A DNA stretch of 64,000 nucleotides from Emcibacter sp. (GTDB lineage: Bacteria > Pseudomonadota > Alphaproteobacteria > Sphingomonadales > Emcibacteraceae): positions 2,969,187-3,033,186 of the forward strand of contig NZ_OY776217.1 in NCBI RefSeq assembly GCF_963675455.1, given 5' to 3'. Numbering within the stretch: position 1 is the stretch's first letter; every line of letters starts with the position of its first letter. The position numbers and the translations under genes were made by a program. Below, one piece after another: positions 18,889-30,349 of this stretch. The notes below the pieces were generated by a model that did not search any database, was not told the origin of the DNA, and worked only from the letters and a program-made list of their open reading frames with translations.

Positions 18889-19018
18889 AATAAACCTGTT
18901 TCCTGATTCTGCAGCTTAAGGCCGGAGCAGCGGTCCGGCGCGTCCCATCGAATCAATTATCTCGCATATATGTTTTTTTATTACTAACGGCACGACAATA
19001 ATGAAATATCCTTGATCT

Positions 19019-19615
19019 TCAAGACTTATGTTTAAGTGTTTTCAGCACATCAAATGGATTTTTCTTCTTTATCTCAAGCGTTTCGTCATCTTCCTGCAAA
19101 ATTTTCACACCAAGCTCGTCACCCTTTGCCCCCTCTTTGCGGGGATAGGGATTCATCGCCAGCGAAAGATGCTGGGTTAATTGTTCTCCCAGATCAATCT
19201 CAGCGCCAGTCAGCGGCTCGATGTCTTCTTCGTCATAGGCGAACTCGATCTCCTGCCGTTCGACAAGATTGTCGAAATCATCATCAACGAAATAAACTGT
19301 GAATGTTTCCGCAACATCTTCTGACACCGGCTCCAGGGTAATCGAGCAGGCCTGCGTTACCCGCACCGTATATGACGCATCAAGCTGGTACCGCACGCCC
19401 TTTTTTTGGCCCCTGACCGGTTTAAGGAAACATTCCGCCTTGAAGTCCTCTACAGCAATGACGGAAAATCTTTCCGCCAGGGCGCGAGCCTCTTCCGGCG
19501 TGGCTTCGATACGGAAATGCCGCCCGTTCTGGGACAAAGTGGCAATTTCCACCGGTCGGGAAAATTCCGCATCAGACTGCGGCAAGATATCTTTGTTCAT
19601 GTAACTGCTTTTCAA
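19019..19615 (-). CDS. yceD: YceD / DUF177 family protein
   Basis: 198 aa, acidic, in the conserved position upstream of plsX. The pattern is typical of DUF177. Confidence 0.75.
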   Translation of the reverse strand: MKSSYMNKDILPQSDAEFSRPVEIATLSQNGRHFRIEATPEEARALAERFSVIAVEDFKAECFLKPVRGQKKGVRYQLDASYTVRVTQACSITLEPVSEDVAETFTVYFVDDDFDNLVERQEIEFAYDEEDIEPLTGAEIDLGEQLTQHLSLAMNPYPRKEGAKGDELGVKILQEDDETLEIKKKNPFDVLKTLKHKS

Positions 19616-20145
19616 AGAGAACCCGGAGTAAAAACCTGCTGTCCCCGATAAATATGGCCGATATCGAGTTTTTCAAGGTGACCGACCTGTTCGTTGATAT
19701 ATTTCACAAGCATCTTAACCGGCTCATCAGCTATCTGGTTCCCGCGATAAATATTCCGTCGCAGGGCTTCGGCCAGTTCTTCAGAATCCTGCAAAGCCTG
19801 TTCATAAGCCTGCTGCCGGCCATAATAAGCCTCTGCCATGGCCTTTACCTTCTTGCCGACACTAAGGTCGCCTACACCCATCTCGCGCAGAGACAGGTCC
19901 ATATTCTCGAACATGACTTCCTTGAGATAGCGACGAAGCTGTCCGCTTTTGTCAGTCTCTTCCTGCTCAAGCCGATTCTGCAACATAAACATATGCAGGC
20001 AGATCATATCAAAGCGGCCGTCAAGGCTGTCTTCCACCTCTAGTTTGTCATAGAAGACAGGCAAACGGGCCTGATCGACAACATAGCCAAACAGCACATA
20101 GGCAGTGTCTCTGAGTTTCTTCCTGCGGGAAAATAAGCCAAACAT
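19612..20145 (-). CDS. ubiquinol-cytochrome c chaperone (Cbp3-like) family protein
   Basis: 177 aa. YDKLEVEDSLDGRFDMICLHMFMLQNRL...LREMGVGDLSVGKKVK is the family signature as I remember it. There is a 4-nt overlap with yceD. Confidence 0.75.
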   Translation of the reverse strand: MFGLFSRRKKLRDTAYVLFGYVVDQARLPVFYDKLEVEDSLDGRFDMICLHMFMLQNRLEQEETDKSGQLRRYLKEVMFENMDLSLREMGVGDLSVGKKVKAMAEAYYGRQQAYEQALQDSEELAEALRRNIYRGNQIADEPVKMLVKYINEQVGHLEKLDIGHIYRGQQVFTPGSL

Positions 20146-20324
20146 GTTCCGGTTTCCGAAGATGACATTTTTAGGCCACAGTCTTTGTCAACGATACATC
20201 CGTAAAACAATTGACTAGCAAGGCGACAAGTGCCATTTTGGTGAAAATTTGCGCATGAGGTATCATGCTGAAGACAATTGTGCAAATAAAACTGTAAATT
20301 GATTTGGACCCGGTTTGGCTGCTT

Positions 20325-20789
20325 ATGAATATTTCACTTAAAACTCTGGTTGCTCTCCTTCTGACTGTTCTCCTTGTCGGGGCCTGCGCGCCGAGGAAGG
20401 AAGTCCGCGGCTATATGGCCGACGAAAAGCTTGTTGCCGCCATCCGTCCCAATGTGGATACCAGGAATTCGGTAAAGTCCATGCTGGGCAGCCCCACTAC
20501 AGTCGCCACATTTGATAATCTGAACTGGTACTACTACAGCAAAAAGTCCGAACAGCTTGCCTTCTTCAAGGAAAATATCACCGAACTGGATATCCTTGCC
20601 ATTCGCTTCAATGAGGATGGTTATGTCACCGCAGTCGACAAATATAATCTGGCGGACTTCAGGGACATCGATCCCGTCGGCGACAAAACCAAAACCTATG
20701 GTCGCGAACTGAGCTTCTTCCAGGAATTGTTTGCCAACATCGGCCGGTTTGGCACCTCCGGACCGCAAACACCTCAAGCCGGTAACTAA
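20325..20789 (+). CDS. bamE: outer membrane protein assembly factor BamE (SmpA/OmlA)
   Basis: The track ORF starts at a TTG at 20304. The ATG at 20325 gives MNISLKTLVALLLTVLLVGAC, a lipobox. VKSMLGSPTTVATFDNLNWYYY is the BamE core. Confidence 0.85.
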   Translation: MNISLKTLVALLLTVLLVGACAPRKEVRGYMADEKLVAAIRPNVDTRNSVKSMLGSPTTVATFDNLNWYYYSKKSEQLAFFKENITELDILAIRFNEDGYVTAVDKYNLADFRDIDPVGDKTKTYGRELSFFQELFANIGRFGTSGPQTPQAGN

Positions 20790-20833
20790 TCGGGAAAACC
20801 GATTAAGCGCCCTGCGCCTTGAAAGAAGCTGGA

Positions 20834-21352
20834 TTAGTAACCTCGGGACTCCACAATCAGGGTTTTCTTGATCAGGTGCTCTCCCATCACGTCATTGCCA
20901 ATTCTGGTGACGCGGCTGGTGAATTCCTCAAAATCGATCACATTGGGATTGTCATGATCGGCGATGGTATTTTTCGATACGTCCCGCAACATGGCATCGC
21001 GGATAATCGGCAATGACTGCACCACTTCCAGCTTGTGTTCGTTATTGTCCACTTCCAGAGACAGGTCCATCACAACGTAACGCAACACCCGCCCCTTATA
21101 CATCAGCGGAACCGTGAATTTTTCCATTTTAACGAAAAACAGCTCTTTCTGTTTTTCCGGTTCCGGTTCTTCCTCGGCAACCTCTTCTTCCACATGCTCT
21201 TCTGAAGAAGAGCCGAGCATGAAAAATGCACCGGCGCCAATACCACCGCCCAGCAAAATTCCGGCTGCCAATCCGATGATCAGGAGCTTCTTGCCGCCGC
21301 CCGCATTGCCGGCGTCGTTACCGCTTTCATCTTTTTTTTCTTCATCAGCCAT
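20834..21352 (-). CDS. fliL: FliL family flagellar basal-body-associated protein
   Basis: 172 aa with a single TM (LLIIGLAAGILLGGGIGAGAFF), an acidic linker, then FVKMEKFTVPL...LEV...IRDAML, typical of FliL. Confidence 0.75.
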   Translation of the reverse strand: MADEEKKDESGNDAGNAGGGKKLLIIGLAAGILLGGGIGAGAFFMLGSSSEEHVEEEVAEEEPEPEKQKELFFVKMEKFTVPLMYKGRVLRYVVMDLSLEVDNNEHKLEVVQSLPIIRDAMLRDVSKNTIADHDNPNVIDFEEFTSRVTRIGNDVMGEHLIKKTLIVESRGY

Positions 21353-21388
21353 TGCACATTCCCTTTGGTTTGCCCTTTTAATGACAGT

Positions 21389-22453
21389 CTAGAAATGGCG
21401 ATATCCTGTCTTGTCGTCTGCACCGGCCACCGCATGCCATTTCTCATCAAGCAACCTGACATGCCGATCCTCGACAATCTGGCCTATTTCTGTCAGCGCC
21501 AATCCAAGTTCCACGGATAATGCGTCGACAACAGCCAAATGTTGTTCCGGCACGGTAAAGAGCAGTTCATAATCATCGCCACCACCCCATATCCTGTTTT
21601 TATAGCCGGGCAACCTTTCCAAAACCTTACCGGCGGCGCCGGAGACCGGAAGATTGAAGTCGAATATATGGGCCCCGACACCGGAAGCGTCACACAAATG
21701 ACCAAGATCAGCCATCAGCCCGTCTGAGATGTCCATGGCGGCTGTTGCCAGTCCTGTCAGCCTCCGGCCAAGCGCAAGTCGCGGGCGCGGCAGATGATAT
21801 CTTTCAACAAGGAATTTCCTGACATCCAGGTTTTCCTCCTGCAAAACTCCCTGCAGAATGGCAAGGCCGAGGGCGGCATCACCAAGAGACCCTGAAACGA
21901 ATATGTGATCGCCGACCTTTGCCCCAAATCGATGAAGGGCCCTGCCCTTTTCCACTGAACCAATGGCTGTGAGGGTAATGGTCAGCGGTCCCGGTGTCGA
22001 TACGGTATCGCCGCCGAAAAGAGAGAGGGAATATTGTTTCTGGTCCTCGGCCAGACCACTTGCAAAGCGGGAAACCCATTCTTCCCGGTGCTCCGCATCA
22101 AAATGCCGCGGCAACGCCAGGGCAAGCAGATAGCCGACAGGTTCAGCCCCCATCGAGGCAAGATCGGAAAGGTTAACCCGGAGCGCCTTTCTGGCCACAA
22201 GTTCAGGCGCGTCATTTTCAAGAAAATGGACAGAGGCGACAAGCGCGTCCTTCGTAAAGACCAGGTCCTGTCCTGTCGGCGGATGAAAAACAGCTGCATC
22301 GTCCTGCAACCCAAAGGCCGGCGGGCCCTTTGATGCCAGGGGTGCAAAGTAGTTTTCTATCAGATCGAATTCACCTGCGCTCAACTGTGCCTCTCGTTTT
22401 TCCGGGCTTCTCGTTCTCAAGCAAGTGTAACAGCTGATTGGAAAATCAACCAC
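21389..22453 (-). CDS. thiL: thiamine-monophosphate kinase (start uncertain; TTG at 22384 is more likely than GTG at 22453)
   Basis: GEFDLIENYFAPL, DDAAV, the AIR-synthase-like fold, and GGDDYELLFT. GAGAGG precedes the TTG at 22384. Confidence 0.88.
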   Translation of the reverse strand: MVDFPISCYTCLRTRSPEKREAQLSAGEFDLIENYFAPLASKGPPAFGLQDDAAVFHPPTGQDLVFTKDALVASVHFLENDAPELVARKALRVNLSDLASMGAEPVGYLLALALPRHFDAEHREEWVSRFASGLAEDQKQYSLSLFGGDTVSTPGPLTITLTAIGSVEKGRALHRFGAKVGDHIFVSGSLGDAALGLAILQGVLQEENLDVRKFLVERYHLPRPRLALGRRLTGLATAAMDISDGLMADLGHLCDASGVGAHIFDFNLPVSGAAGKVLERLPGYKNRIWGGGDDYELLFTVPEQHLAVVDALSVELGLALTEIGQIVEDRHVRLLDEKWHAVAGADDKTGYRHF

Positions 22454-22468
22454 GCAATTCTTTTGCGG

Positions 22469-22927
22469 TCAGGTGCGTACCTTGCCTGCCAAACGGTCAA
22501 GGATGCCGTTGACAAAACCGGGCTTGCTGTCCTCAAAAAAGGCCTTGGCCAGATCAACATATTCATTGATGATGACTTTTGTCGGCACATCTGGGCGGCC
22601 CAGTAACTCGTAGGTGCCGGCCCTGAGAATGGCCCGGATCACAGATTCTATTCGCTCCAGGCTCCAGTCTTCGCTCAGTGCAGACGATATCAGCGGATCT
22701 ATTTCATCCTGACGTGCTTGTACGCCGCGAACGATATCCTGAAAGAAATCGTTATCGGCCTCATTATACTGCTCGTCCTCAACGATGGATCCAAGACGGT
22801 ATTTCAGAAACTCCGGGATGACCTCCCCGGCGGTCTCGCCATTCATTTCCATCTGGTAAAGTGCCTGTATGGCCCCGAGACGTGATGCACTTCGTGCACC
22901 GCCCTGTCTGGGTTTATCGTCCTGCAT
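22469..22927 (-). CDS. nusB: transcription antitermination factor NusB
   Basis: 152 aa. ARSASRLGAIQALYQME...INEYVDLAKAF. Confidence 0.93.
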   Translation of the reverse strand: MQDDKPRQGGARSASRLGAIQALYQMEMNGETAGEVIPEFLKYRLGSIVEDEQYNEADNDFFQDIVRGVQARQDEIDPLISSALSEDWSLERIESVIRAILRAGTYELLGRPDVPTKVIINEYVDLAKAFFEDSKPGFVNGILDRLAGKVRT

Positions 22928-23367
22928 TAGCGGCCCAATCCAAATTTATGTTTCAATTCAACCATTCTGAGAGCGGCCTCTACAGCCGCACGGCCCTTGT
23001 TACCCCGGTCACGGGCGGCACGGGCCCAGGCCTGATCGCCGTTTTCCACTGTCAGGATACCGTTCCCCAGGGCAACCCGGTCCTTGATGGCCAGTTCCTG
23101 AAGTCCCCGGGCGCTTTCCCCGCAAACATAGTCATAATGGGTAGTTTCGCCGCGGATCACGACACCGAGGCCAACAAACCCGTCATAATGGCCGCTATCG
23201 GCAGCAAAGCGGATGGCAGCCGGAATTTCAAGGGCGCCGGGAACACTGATACGTTCATATTCAGCACCGGCTTTTTCAACAGCCTCAATAGCACCTGCAG
23301 CCAGCTCATCTGCCAGATCCTCGTAGAACCGGGCTTCAACAATCAGGATATTAACTTTTTCAGACAT
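22927..23367 (-). CDS. ribH: 6,7-dimethyl-8-ribityllumazine synthase
   Basis: 146 aa. [16 protein letters not shown]...VPGALEIP...[14 protein letters not shown]. Confidence 0.93.
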   Translation of the reverse strand: MSEKVNILIVEARFYEDLADELAAGAIEAVEKAGAEYERISVPGALEIPAAIRFAADSGHYDGFVGLGVVIRGETTHYDYVCGESARGLQELAIKDRVALGNGILTVENGDQAWARAARDRGNKGRAAVEAALRMVELKHKFGLGR

Positions 23368-23387
23368 TGCTCTTTTCCAGTTATGAT

Positions 23388-24512
23388 CTAAAGGCGGCCA
23401 ATTTTAACAGCGTCGTCAAACTTCCGATGCTCGACAATATTCAGTTCATACCCCTCGATACCAACCACATGCTGGTTGGAGTTGGACAGGAGAATGATGT
23501 CCTTGACCCCAAGATCCACAAGAATCTGCGCACCGATCCCATAGAATTTCAAACTTTTTTCCGGCGGTGTTTCACTGCCCTTCTTGATACGTATTGAATT
23601 CTGCACAAAAGATTTGTCCGCTTCGGCAAGGGACACAATCACACCTGCGCCTTCTTCGGCAATTTCCAGCATGGCCCGCTGCAACTGATTCTGACGCCCG
23701 CCGGTCTCGCCGAATACATCTTCAAAGATATTGAAGGGATGCATGCGCACCAGCACCGGCTTGTCGGGGCGATTTTCCCCCTTGGTCAACACAAGATGCT
23801 GCACATGACTATCCTTGACCAGATAGGAATGAACAGTGAACTTGCCGCCAAATGCGGAATCGATTTCAATGCTTTCCGTCCGCTCCACAAGATTGTCATA
23901 GCGACGGCGGTAGGCAATCAGGTCGGCAATAGTCGCCACCTTCAGTTTGTGTTCCTTGGCGAATTCCACCAGATCCGAAAGACGGGCCATGGTGCCGTCA
24001 TCATTCATGATTTCGCAGATCACGCCGGCCGGGATCAATCCTGCCAGACGGGCCACATCAACTGCCGCCTCGGTATGACCGGCCCGGACAAGCACGCCAC
24101 CTTCACGCGCCACAATCGGGAACACATGGCCGGGCGAGACAATATCCGCGGATGTCTTGTTGGTGTTGATTGCCACAGCAATGGTATGAGCGCGGTCCGC
24201 TGCGGATATGCCTGTGGTGATCCCTTCCTTTGCCTCGACAGACACGGTAAAAGCAGTATTATTCCGTGCCTGGTTGTCCAGCGCCATGGGAGGAAGGCCG
24301 AGTTCGTCAGCCCGTTCCTTGGTCAGGGTCAGACAAATCAGGCCGCGGCCGTATTTGGCCATGAAATTAACCGCTTCCGGTGTTGCCATCTGGGCCGGTA
24401 TTACAAGGTCGCCCTCATTTTCACGGTCCTCGTCGTCAACCAGAATAAACATGCGGCCATTCTTGGCATCTTCCAGCACATCTTCGATGGGGGAGAGGAA
24501 ATTTTGAGGCAT
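23388..24512 (-). CDS. ribBA: bifunctional 3,4-dihydroxy-2-butanone-4-phosphate synthase / GTP cyclohydrolase II-like protein
   Basis: 374 aa. The DHBP synthase core is [12 protein letters not shown]...[16 protein letters not shown], followed by a RibA-like C-terminal domain. Confidence 0.9.
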   Translation of the reverse strand: MPQNFLSPIEDVLEDAKNGRMFILVDDEDRENEGDLVIPAQMATPEAVNFMAKYGRGLICLTLTKERADELGLPPMALDNQARNNTAFTVSVEAKEGITTGISAADRAHTIAVAINTNKTSADIVSPGHVFPIVAREGGVLVRAGHTEAAVDVARLAGLIPAGVICEIMNDDGTMARLSDLVEFAKEHKLKVATIADLIAYRRRYDNLVERTESIEIDSAFGGKFTVHSYLVKDSHVQHLVLTKGENRPDKPVLVRMHPFNIFEDVFGETGGRQNQLQRAMLEIAEEGAGVIVSLAEADKSFVQNSIRIKKGSETPPEKSLKFYGIGAQILVDLGVKDIILLSNSNQHVVGIEGYELNIVEHRKFDDAVKIGRL

Positions 24513-24533
24513 AACCGACCGTAACTTTCTTAT

Positions 24534-25133
24534 CTAGACTTCATTCATTCTGGCTACATAACGCGCCAAGATATCAATTTCAAGATTAACCCTGTCTCCA
24601 ACGGAGATCTCGCCAAAGGTTGTTTTCTCCTGGGTATGGGGAATGATATTGACCCCAAAGTAATGGCGTCCCTGATCATCCATGCCCACTTCATTTACCG
24701 TCAGGGAGGTCCCGTTGATCGTTACCGATCCTTTGGGGGCGATATAACGGGCAATCGCTTCCGGCATTGTAAATCGGATGCGGTGACTGTCCCCTTCGGG
24801 TTCACAAAAGATCACTTCGCCGACACCATCCACGTGACCGGTCACAATATGGCCGCCCAGTTCATCCCCGACCTTGAGCGCACGTTCCAGATTTATCCGG
24901 GTTCCTTCCGTCCAGTCGCCAAGCGAGGTACAGGACAAAGTCTCCGCCGACACATCGACACTGAACCAGTCCTCGCCCTTGTCGACAACAGTCAGGCAGA
25001 CTCCCGAACAGGCGATAGAGGCGCCGATATCAATGGTCGTGGTGTCATAGGCGGTCTCGATTTCCATCCATGTGTCACCACGGTGCTCAATCTTTCTGAC
25101 CTTACCAATATCGGTGATAATTCCAGTAAACAT
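24534..25133 (-). CDS. ribE: riboflavin synthase
   Basis: 199 aa. MFTGIITDIGKV, GASIACSGVCLTV, and the duplicated lumazine-binding repeat. Confidence 0.93.
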   Translation of the reverse strand: MFTGIITDIGKVRKIEHRGDTWMEIETAYDTTTIDIGASIACSGVCLTVVDKGEDWFSVDVSAETLSCTSLGDWTEGTRINLERALKVGDELGGHIVTGHVDGVGEVIFCEPEGDSHRIRFTMPEAIARYIAPKGSVTINGTSLTVNEVGMDDQGRHYFGVNIIPHTQEKTTFGEISVGDRVNLEIDILARYVARMNEV

Positions 25134-25134
25134 A

Positions 25135-26247
25135 TCAGTGCGTTATCCTGTATTCTTCCCAGACATCCTGACCTGTGCGACCAGCTAGAATTCGGGTCAT
25201 TTCGGGCATCTTTTCAAGTTGCTCCAGTCCCAAGCCGCCAATCGCAGGAATTCCTTCCTCGCCGATCAAAACCGGGGCTCTGAACCATAAAAGACGGTCT
25301 ACCAGACTTGACTTAAACAGGGAAGCATTAAGTTTTGCGCCACCTTCACACAGCAAACGGGTCATCCCCAGACCTGCCAGGTCCTGCATCACAGCGACCA
25401 GCGACAACCTGCCCTCTTGATCCAGTGATATCGGATGTATCTGGACACCGGCCTCTATCAGTTTACCGGCCTTTTCATTATCCGGTGACGAACAGAAAAC
25501 CCGGACTTCCACATCACCGGCCGTCTTTACAAGGTCACTGTCCAGGGGCAATTTAAGGTCCCGATCAAGAATGATACGCGAAGGTGAGCGATCTTCCAGA
25601 CCCGGCAGACGACAGGTCAGGGAAGGATTGTCCGCCAGAACCGTCCCTATTCCTGTCAGAATGGCGTCGTGACTGGCCCGGTACAGATGTCCCCTTGCCC
25701 GGGAGTCAGCACCGGTTATCCACTGGCTTTCACCGTTTTCAAGGGCAATTCTGCCATCCAGTGTCGATGCGGTCTTTACCGTCACCAAGGGGCGGGATTT
25801 ATGTATCCGGTTGAAGAAACCTTCATTCACTTCCTCCGCCTCGGCCTGACAGAGACCAACCTCGACCCTGATCCCGGCTTTTTCCAGAATTTGCAGTCCC
25901 TGCCCGTTGACCCGGCCGTCCGGATCCGTCGTCGCCACCACAACACGCGCCACACCGGCCGCGACCAGACTTTCTGCACAAGGGGGGGTTTGCCCATGAT
26001 GAGCGCAGGGCTCCAGGGTGACATAGGCCGTGGCCCCTCTGGCAGCCTTCCCGGCCTGGGACAAGGCAATTGATTCCGCATGGGGACGACCCCCGGCCCC
26101 CGTCCAGCCACGCCCGATAATATGTCCTGAGTCATTTACAAGAATACAGCCCACGGAAGGATTTGGCGCCACAGTTCCAAGTCCTCTTCTCGCCAGAGAG
26201 AGAGCGGCTCGCATCATATGACGGTCAAAAGCTTCCTGTTTCTGCAC
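25135..26247 (-). CDS. ribD: bifunctional diaminohydroxyphosphoribosylaminopyrimidine deaminase / 5-amino-6-(5-phosphoribosylamino)uracil reductase
   Basis: 370 aa. The deaminase zinc motif is HAESIAL...TLEPCAHHGQTPPC, followed by a reductase domain. Confidence 0.93.
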   Translation of the reverse strand: MQKQEAFDRHMMRAALSLARRGLGTVAPNPSVGCILVNDSGHIIGRGWTGAGGRPHAESIALSQAGKAARGATAYVTLEPCAHHGQTPPCAESLVAAGVARVVVATTDPDGRVNGQGLQILEKAGIRVEVGLCQAEAEEVNEGFFNRIHKSRPLVTVKTASTLDGRIALENGESQWITGADSRARGHLYRASHDAILTGIGTVLADNPSLTCRLPGLEDRSPSRIILDRDLKLPLDSDLVKTAGDVEVRVFCSSPDNEKAGKLIEAGVQIHPISLDQEGRLSLVAVMQDLAGLGMTRLLCEGGAKLNASLFKSSLVDRLLWFRAPVLIGEEGIPAIGGLGLEQLEKMPEMTRILAGRTGQDVWEEYRITH

Positions 26248-26267
26248 ATTACATTCCTGCGGGTTGA

Positions 26268-26729
26268 TTATTTCCCGTTGTGGTCGGCCAGCGTTCCGAC
26301 GAATTCCTCGAAATCCTTGACTTCACGGAAATTCTTGTACACCGAGGCAAAGCGCACATAGGCCACCTTGTCGAGATTTTCCAGGCCTTCCATGATCAGC
26401 TTGCCGATCTGGTCGGTCTGGACTTCGCTTTCCCCCATACTTTCCAGCTGGCGGACGATTCCGTTGATCATACGCTCGATCTTTTCTTCCTCAACCTGAC
26501 GCTTTCTCAGGGCCAGATTGACGGAACGCTCAAGCTTTTCCCGCTCGAAAGGAACTTTCTTGCCGTTTTTCTTCATCACCAGAAGTTCACGAAGCTGCAC
26601 CCGTTCAAAGGTGGTAAAGCGGGCGCCGCAGGCATTGCAGGACCGGCGGCGACGGATCGCGGAATTATCTTCCGTCGGCCGGGAATCCTTTACCTGTGTG
26701 TCTTCATTACTGCAAAATGGACAGCGCAT
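26268..26729 (-). CDS. nrdR: transcriptional repressor NrdR
   Basis: 153 aa. [18 protein letters not shown]...[17 protein letters not shown] is a zinc ribbon, followed by an ATP-cone. Confidence 0.95.
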   Translation of the reverse strand: MRCPFCSNEDTQVKDSRPTEDNSAIRRRRSCNACGARFTTFERVQLRELLVMKKNGKKVPFEREKLERSVNLALRKRQVEEEKIERMINGIVRQLESMGESEVQTDQIGKLIMEGLENLDKVAYVRFASVYKNFREVKDFEEFVGTLADHNGK

Positions 26730-26768
26730 ACTCCGCTCCTTCTGTCAGGCTGCCTGGCGTCTTCCCGA

Positions 26769-28049
26769 TCAGTAAATCGGAAACTGTTCGCACAGTGCAA
26801 CCACTTTTTCTCTGACGGCCGCTTCCGCCGCACCGTTGTCTTCGCGGTTGGCAACAAGCCCGTCAAGCACCTCGACAATATAGTCGCCAACCTTTTCAAA
26901 TTCAGCCGCACCAAAGCCGCGAGTCGTACCCGCCGGAGTTCCCAGGCGAATACCCGATGTAACTGCCGGAGATTCAGGATCAAATGGCACCCCGTTCTTG
27001 TTACAGGTCATGTTTGATCGTCCGAGGGACGCATCTGCATCGCGACCAGTCAGACCCTTGGGCCTGAGATCAACCAGCATCAGATGAGTATCAGTACCAC
27101 CCGACACAATATCGCAACCGCCGGACTTCAGTTTTTCAGCCAGAATTCTGGCGTTGGAAACCACATCCGCTGCATATTGTTTGAATTCCGGTTTCAGCGC
27201 CTCCCCGAACGCCACGGCCTTGGCGGCGATCACATGCATCAGAGGGCCGCCCTGCAGACCGGGGAAAACCGCGCTGTTGATTTTCTTGGCAATATCTTCC
27301 CGGTTGGTCAGAACCATACCGCCGCGCGGACCACGCAGGGTTTTATGGGTAGTGGTTGTCACCACGTCTGCCACACCCACCGGATTCGGATGAGCGCCGC
27401 CTGCCACCAGACCAGCAAAATGAGCCATGTCAACCATCAGATAGGCGCCTACCTCATCGGCAATGGCACGGAATTTCTGAAAATCCAGAGTCCGGGGATA
27501 AGCGGAACCACCAGCGATGATCAGCTTTGGTTTATGTTCCTTGGCCAGACGTTCAACTTCATCGAAATCTACAAGGTGATCGTCAGCCCGAACACCATAT
27601 TGTACCGCATTGAACCATTTACCGCTCTGGGCCGGTGGCGCGCCATGTGTCAGGTGACCGCCAGCGGCCAGCGACATTCCGAGAATAGTGTCTCCCGGCT
27701 GAACCAGCGCCATCATTACCGCACCATTGGCCTGGGCTCCGGAATGGGGCTGAACATTGACAAAACCGGCGTTAAATAATTTTTTCGCCCGCTCGATCGC
27801 CAGGTTTTCAGCCACATCAACCCATTCACAACCGCCGTAATATCTGCGCCCCGGATAACCCTCGGCATATTTATTGGTCATGATGGAGCCCTGGGCTTCC
27901 AGCACCGCGCGACTGACAATATTTTCAGACGCAATCAGTTCAATATGATGCTGCTGGCGGCCCATTTCGCCGTTTATCGATTCCAGGAGTTCCTGATCGG
28001 TTTCAGACAGCGGAGCATTAAAAAACTTGTTCAGATCTGTAGATGACAT
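26769..28049 (-). CDS. glyA: serine hydroxymethyltransferase
   Basis: Track ORF 26769..28139 trimmed to [21 protein letters not shown] at 28049 (AGGAAACAG RBS). [10 protein letters not shown] and [16 protein letters not shown] are present. Confidence 0.95.
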   Translation of the reverse strand: MSSTDLNKFFNAPLSETDQELLESINGEMGRQQHHIELIASENIVSRAVLEAQGSIMTNKYAEGYPGRRYYGGCEWVDVAENLAIERAKKLFNAGFVNVQPHSGAQANGAVMMALVQPGDTILGMSLAAGGHLTHGAPPAQSGKWFNAVQYGVRADDHLVDFDEVERLAKEHKPKLIIAGGSAYPRTLDFQKFRAIADEVGAYLMVDMAHFAGLVAGGAHPNPVGVADVVTTTTHKTLRGPRGGMVLTNREDIAKKINSAVFPGLQGGPLMHVIAAKAVAFGEALKPEFKQYAADVVSNARILAEKLKSGGCDIVSGGTDTHLMLVDLRPKGLTGRDADASLGRSNMTCNKNGVPFDPESPAVTSGIRLGTPAGTTRGFGAAEFEKVGDYIVEVLDGLVANREDNGAAEAAVREKVVALCEQFPIY

Positions 28050-28095
28050 AAAAACTGTTTCCTCGGTTTTATTATAACCCAATTCCCGCCCGGGA

Positions 28096-28530
28096 TCAGG
28101 ACATTTTGTCAATTCTGCGTTCATGGCGTCCGCCTTCAAAAGGCGTATTCAGAAAAATCTTCAGGCAATCCTTTGCCACATCAATGCCGGTCGTTCGACC
28201 GCCCAGCACCAGAACGTTGGCATCGTTATGTTCCCTGCACAGGCGCGCTGTCAGGCCATCGTGTACAAGGGCGGCCCTGATGTGAGGATGCCGGTTCGCC
28301 GCAATACTGATTCCGATCCCGGAACCACAAACAAGAAGACCGCGTTTCGCGCGGCCACCGGCAATGACATCGGCAAGGGCATGGGCATAGTCGGGGTAAT
28401 CCACGGATTCAGGTCCGTGACAGCCGAGATCAAGAGGGTCGAAATCAAGTTCCTCCAACATTTCCTTCAGAGTTTCCTTGAGATCGAAGCCACCATGATC
28501 GCTGGCCAGAACGATTGTTTCTTTGGTCAT
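28096..28530 (-). CDS. rpiB: ribose 5-phosphate isomerase B
   Basis: 144 aa. [14 protein letters not shown]...[15 protein letters not shown]. Confidence 0.92.
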   Translation of the reverse strand: MTKETIVLASDHGGFDLKETLKEMLEELDFDPLDLGCHGPESVDYPDYAHALADVIAGGRAKRGLLVCGSGIGISIAANRHPHIRAALVHDGLTARLCREHNDANVLVLGGRTTGIDVAKDCLKIFLNTPFEGGRHERRIDKMS

Positions 28531-28725
28531 AATGAGTCAAACCCTGTTTTTTCCGATCCTGCTGTTCGAGGAGGGAATCACCAAGCCATCTTTCAGCCGC
28601 TTCATATCACAAGGAAGGTCAGTTGCCTACCATATCTATGGTGTTTTTACAGAGTTTTCGGGATTTTTGTCCACATATGCATGCAAGCTTGTACAAAAGC
28701 GCCAAAAGCAGTTTGTGCTGCAAAC

Positions 28726-28911
28726 TTATTCCTTGGATAAAACATATTTGAGCTTATTGATCGCCACGCGTTTGAGTTCGGTCTGCGACGTGCGCGGCGA
28801 TCCCACGATGGAGACTTCCCGCCCGGACCTGGTATCAATGGCCGACACCTTGACCGAATTGCCGACCTGGACGAATTCAACGATGATATCTCCATCCGAT
28901 ACGCTGGTCAT
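28726..28911 (-). CDS. small conserved hypothetical protein between hemA and rpiB
   Basis: 61 aa, MTSVSDGDIIVEFVQVGNSVKVSAIDTRSGREVSIVGSPRTSQTELKRVAINKLKYVLSKE. I recall similar small proteins in other alphaproteobacteria but cannot name the family with certainty. Confidence 0.55.
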   Translation of the reverse strand: MTSVSDGDIIVEFVQVGNSVKVSAIDTRSGREVSIVGSPRTSQTELKRVAINKLKYVLSKE

Positions 28912-28923
28912 CGGTCCCTTCCC

Positions 28924-30144
28924 TCAGGCTGCGTTGGAATATTTATCGATTTCCAGCCGGTCCCAGACTTCACGCAGGGATTTGACAAGATGTTCCATCA
29001 TACCGTCGTCATGCAGCGGGCTGGGCGTAAACCTGAGCCGTTCGGTGCCGCGCGGCACCGTCGGATAGTTGATCGGCTGCACGTAAATCCCGAACTCATC
29101 AAGCAGAATATCGGATGCCTGCTTGCACACCACCGGATCACCAACCAGCACCGGTACAATGTGACTCGTGGACGGCATGACAGGAAGCTTGGCTTCGCGC
29201 ATCATCTGTTTCAGTGTCGCCGCCCGCTCCTGATGGCTTTCCCGCTCGGCGGCACTGTTTTTAAGATGCCTTACACTGGCCAGCGCACCAGCCGCCAGCA
29301 CGGGCGACAGGGATGTGGTAAAAATAAAACCTGGCGCAAAACTGCGCACCGCATCAATCAGGGCTTTGCTGCCGGTAATATAGCCGCCCATCAGGCCGAA
29401 TGCCTTGCCCAGCGTTCCTTCTATGACCGTCACCCGGTCCATCAGGCCCAGTTGTTCCGCAACACCGCCACCGCGGGAGCCATACATGCCGACCGCATGC
29501 ACTTCGTCCAGGTAAGTCAGGGCGTCATATTTCTCTGCCAGCGCACAAATTTCGGCAATCGGACCGAAATCACCGTCCATTGAATAGACAGATTCAAAAG
29601 CAATCAGTTTGGGACGGGAGGGATCGGCCTGTTCAAGCAGGCTTTCCAGATGTTCCACATCATTATGGCGGAAGACATGTTTTTCGCAGCGGCTGTTGAT
29701 GATGCCGTTGATCATCGACGCATGGTTCAGTTCATCGGAATAAATAATGCAGCCGGGCAGAAGCTTGCCCATGGTGCTCAGGGTCGCCTCGTTGGAAATA
29801 TATCCAGAGGTAAAAATCAGCCCCGCTTCCTTGCCGTGAAGGTCTGCGAGTTCTTCTTCAAGAAGGACATGATAATGGTTGGTACCGGAAATATTGCGCG
29901 TTCCGCCGGCACCGGCGCCAACCCTGCCCAAGGCCTCTTCCATGGCCGCGATCACCTCTGGATGCTGGCCCATGCCAAGATAATCGTTCCCGCACCAGAC
30001 AACGATATCGCGAGTCCCGTTTTCCGTGTGCCAGACTGCCTTGGGGAAATCGCCTTTCTGACGTTCAATATCCATAAAGACCCTATAGCGGCCTTCGTCC
30101 TGAATATTTTTCAACGCGTCTGAAAAAATACGATCGTAATCCAT
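28924..30144 (-). CDS. hemA: 5-aminolevulinate synthase
   Basis: 406 aa. [32 protein letters not shown], and the PLP-lysine region SMDGD...GTLGKAFG. Confidence 0.95.
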   Translation of the reverse strand: MDYDRIFSDALKNIQDEGRYRVFMDIERQKGDFPKAVWHTENGTRDIVVWCGNDYLGMGQHPEVIAAMEEALGRVGAGAGGTRNISGTNHYHVLLEEELADLHGKEAGLIFTSGYISNEATLSTMGKLLPGCIIYSDELNHASMINGIINSRCEKHVFRHNDVEHLESLLEQADPSRPKLIAFESVYSMDGDFGPIAEICALAEKYDALTYLDEVHAVGMYGSRGGGVAEQLGLMDRVTVIEGTLGKAFGLMGGYITGSKALIDAVRSFAPGFIFTTSLSPVLAAGALASVRHLKNSAAERESHQERAATLKQMMREAKLPVMPSTSHIVPVLVGDPVVCKQASDILLDEFGIYVQPINYPTVPRGTERLRFTPSPLHDDGMMEHLVKSLREVWDRLEIDKYSNAA

Positions 30145-30259
30145 TTCCCATCCCTAAAATTCCAAAACCAAGCCCTTGGTAGCCCATCAGGGCACACAAG
30201 AAAAGCAAAAATCAAGAAACCTGCCACCCAAACAGAAAATAAGTCTACAAAATATAAGA

Positions 30260-30292
30260 GGCCCCTGATAGCACAATCTGTTATCAGGGGCC
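30260..30292 (-). terminator. 11-bp-stem hairpin downstream of the MarR-like gene (probable terminator)
   Basis: ggcccctgata (30260-30270) pairs with tatcaggggcc (30282-30292). A T-rich tract follows on the minus strand. Confidence 0.5.
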
Positions 30293-30349
30293 CAGAATAA
30301 CTTTATCTAGAATCATACATGGCAAGCTACCATGATTTGGATGAGGGGA

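Noticed and set aside
18889-19018. Expected rpmF (L32) between yceD and plsX, as in the E. coli yceD-rpmF-plsX-fabH cluster.
   Set aside because: The 130-bp gap is too short and contains only a 10-codon ORF. rpmF is evidently elsewhere in this genome.
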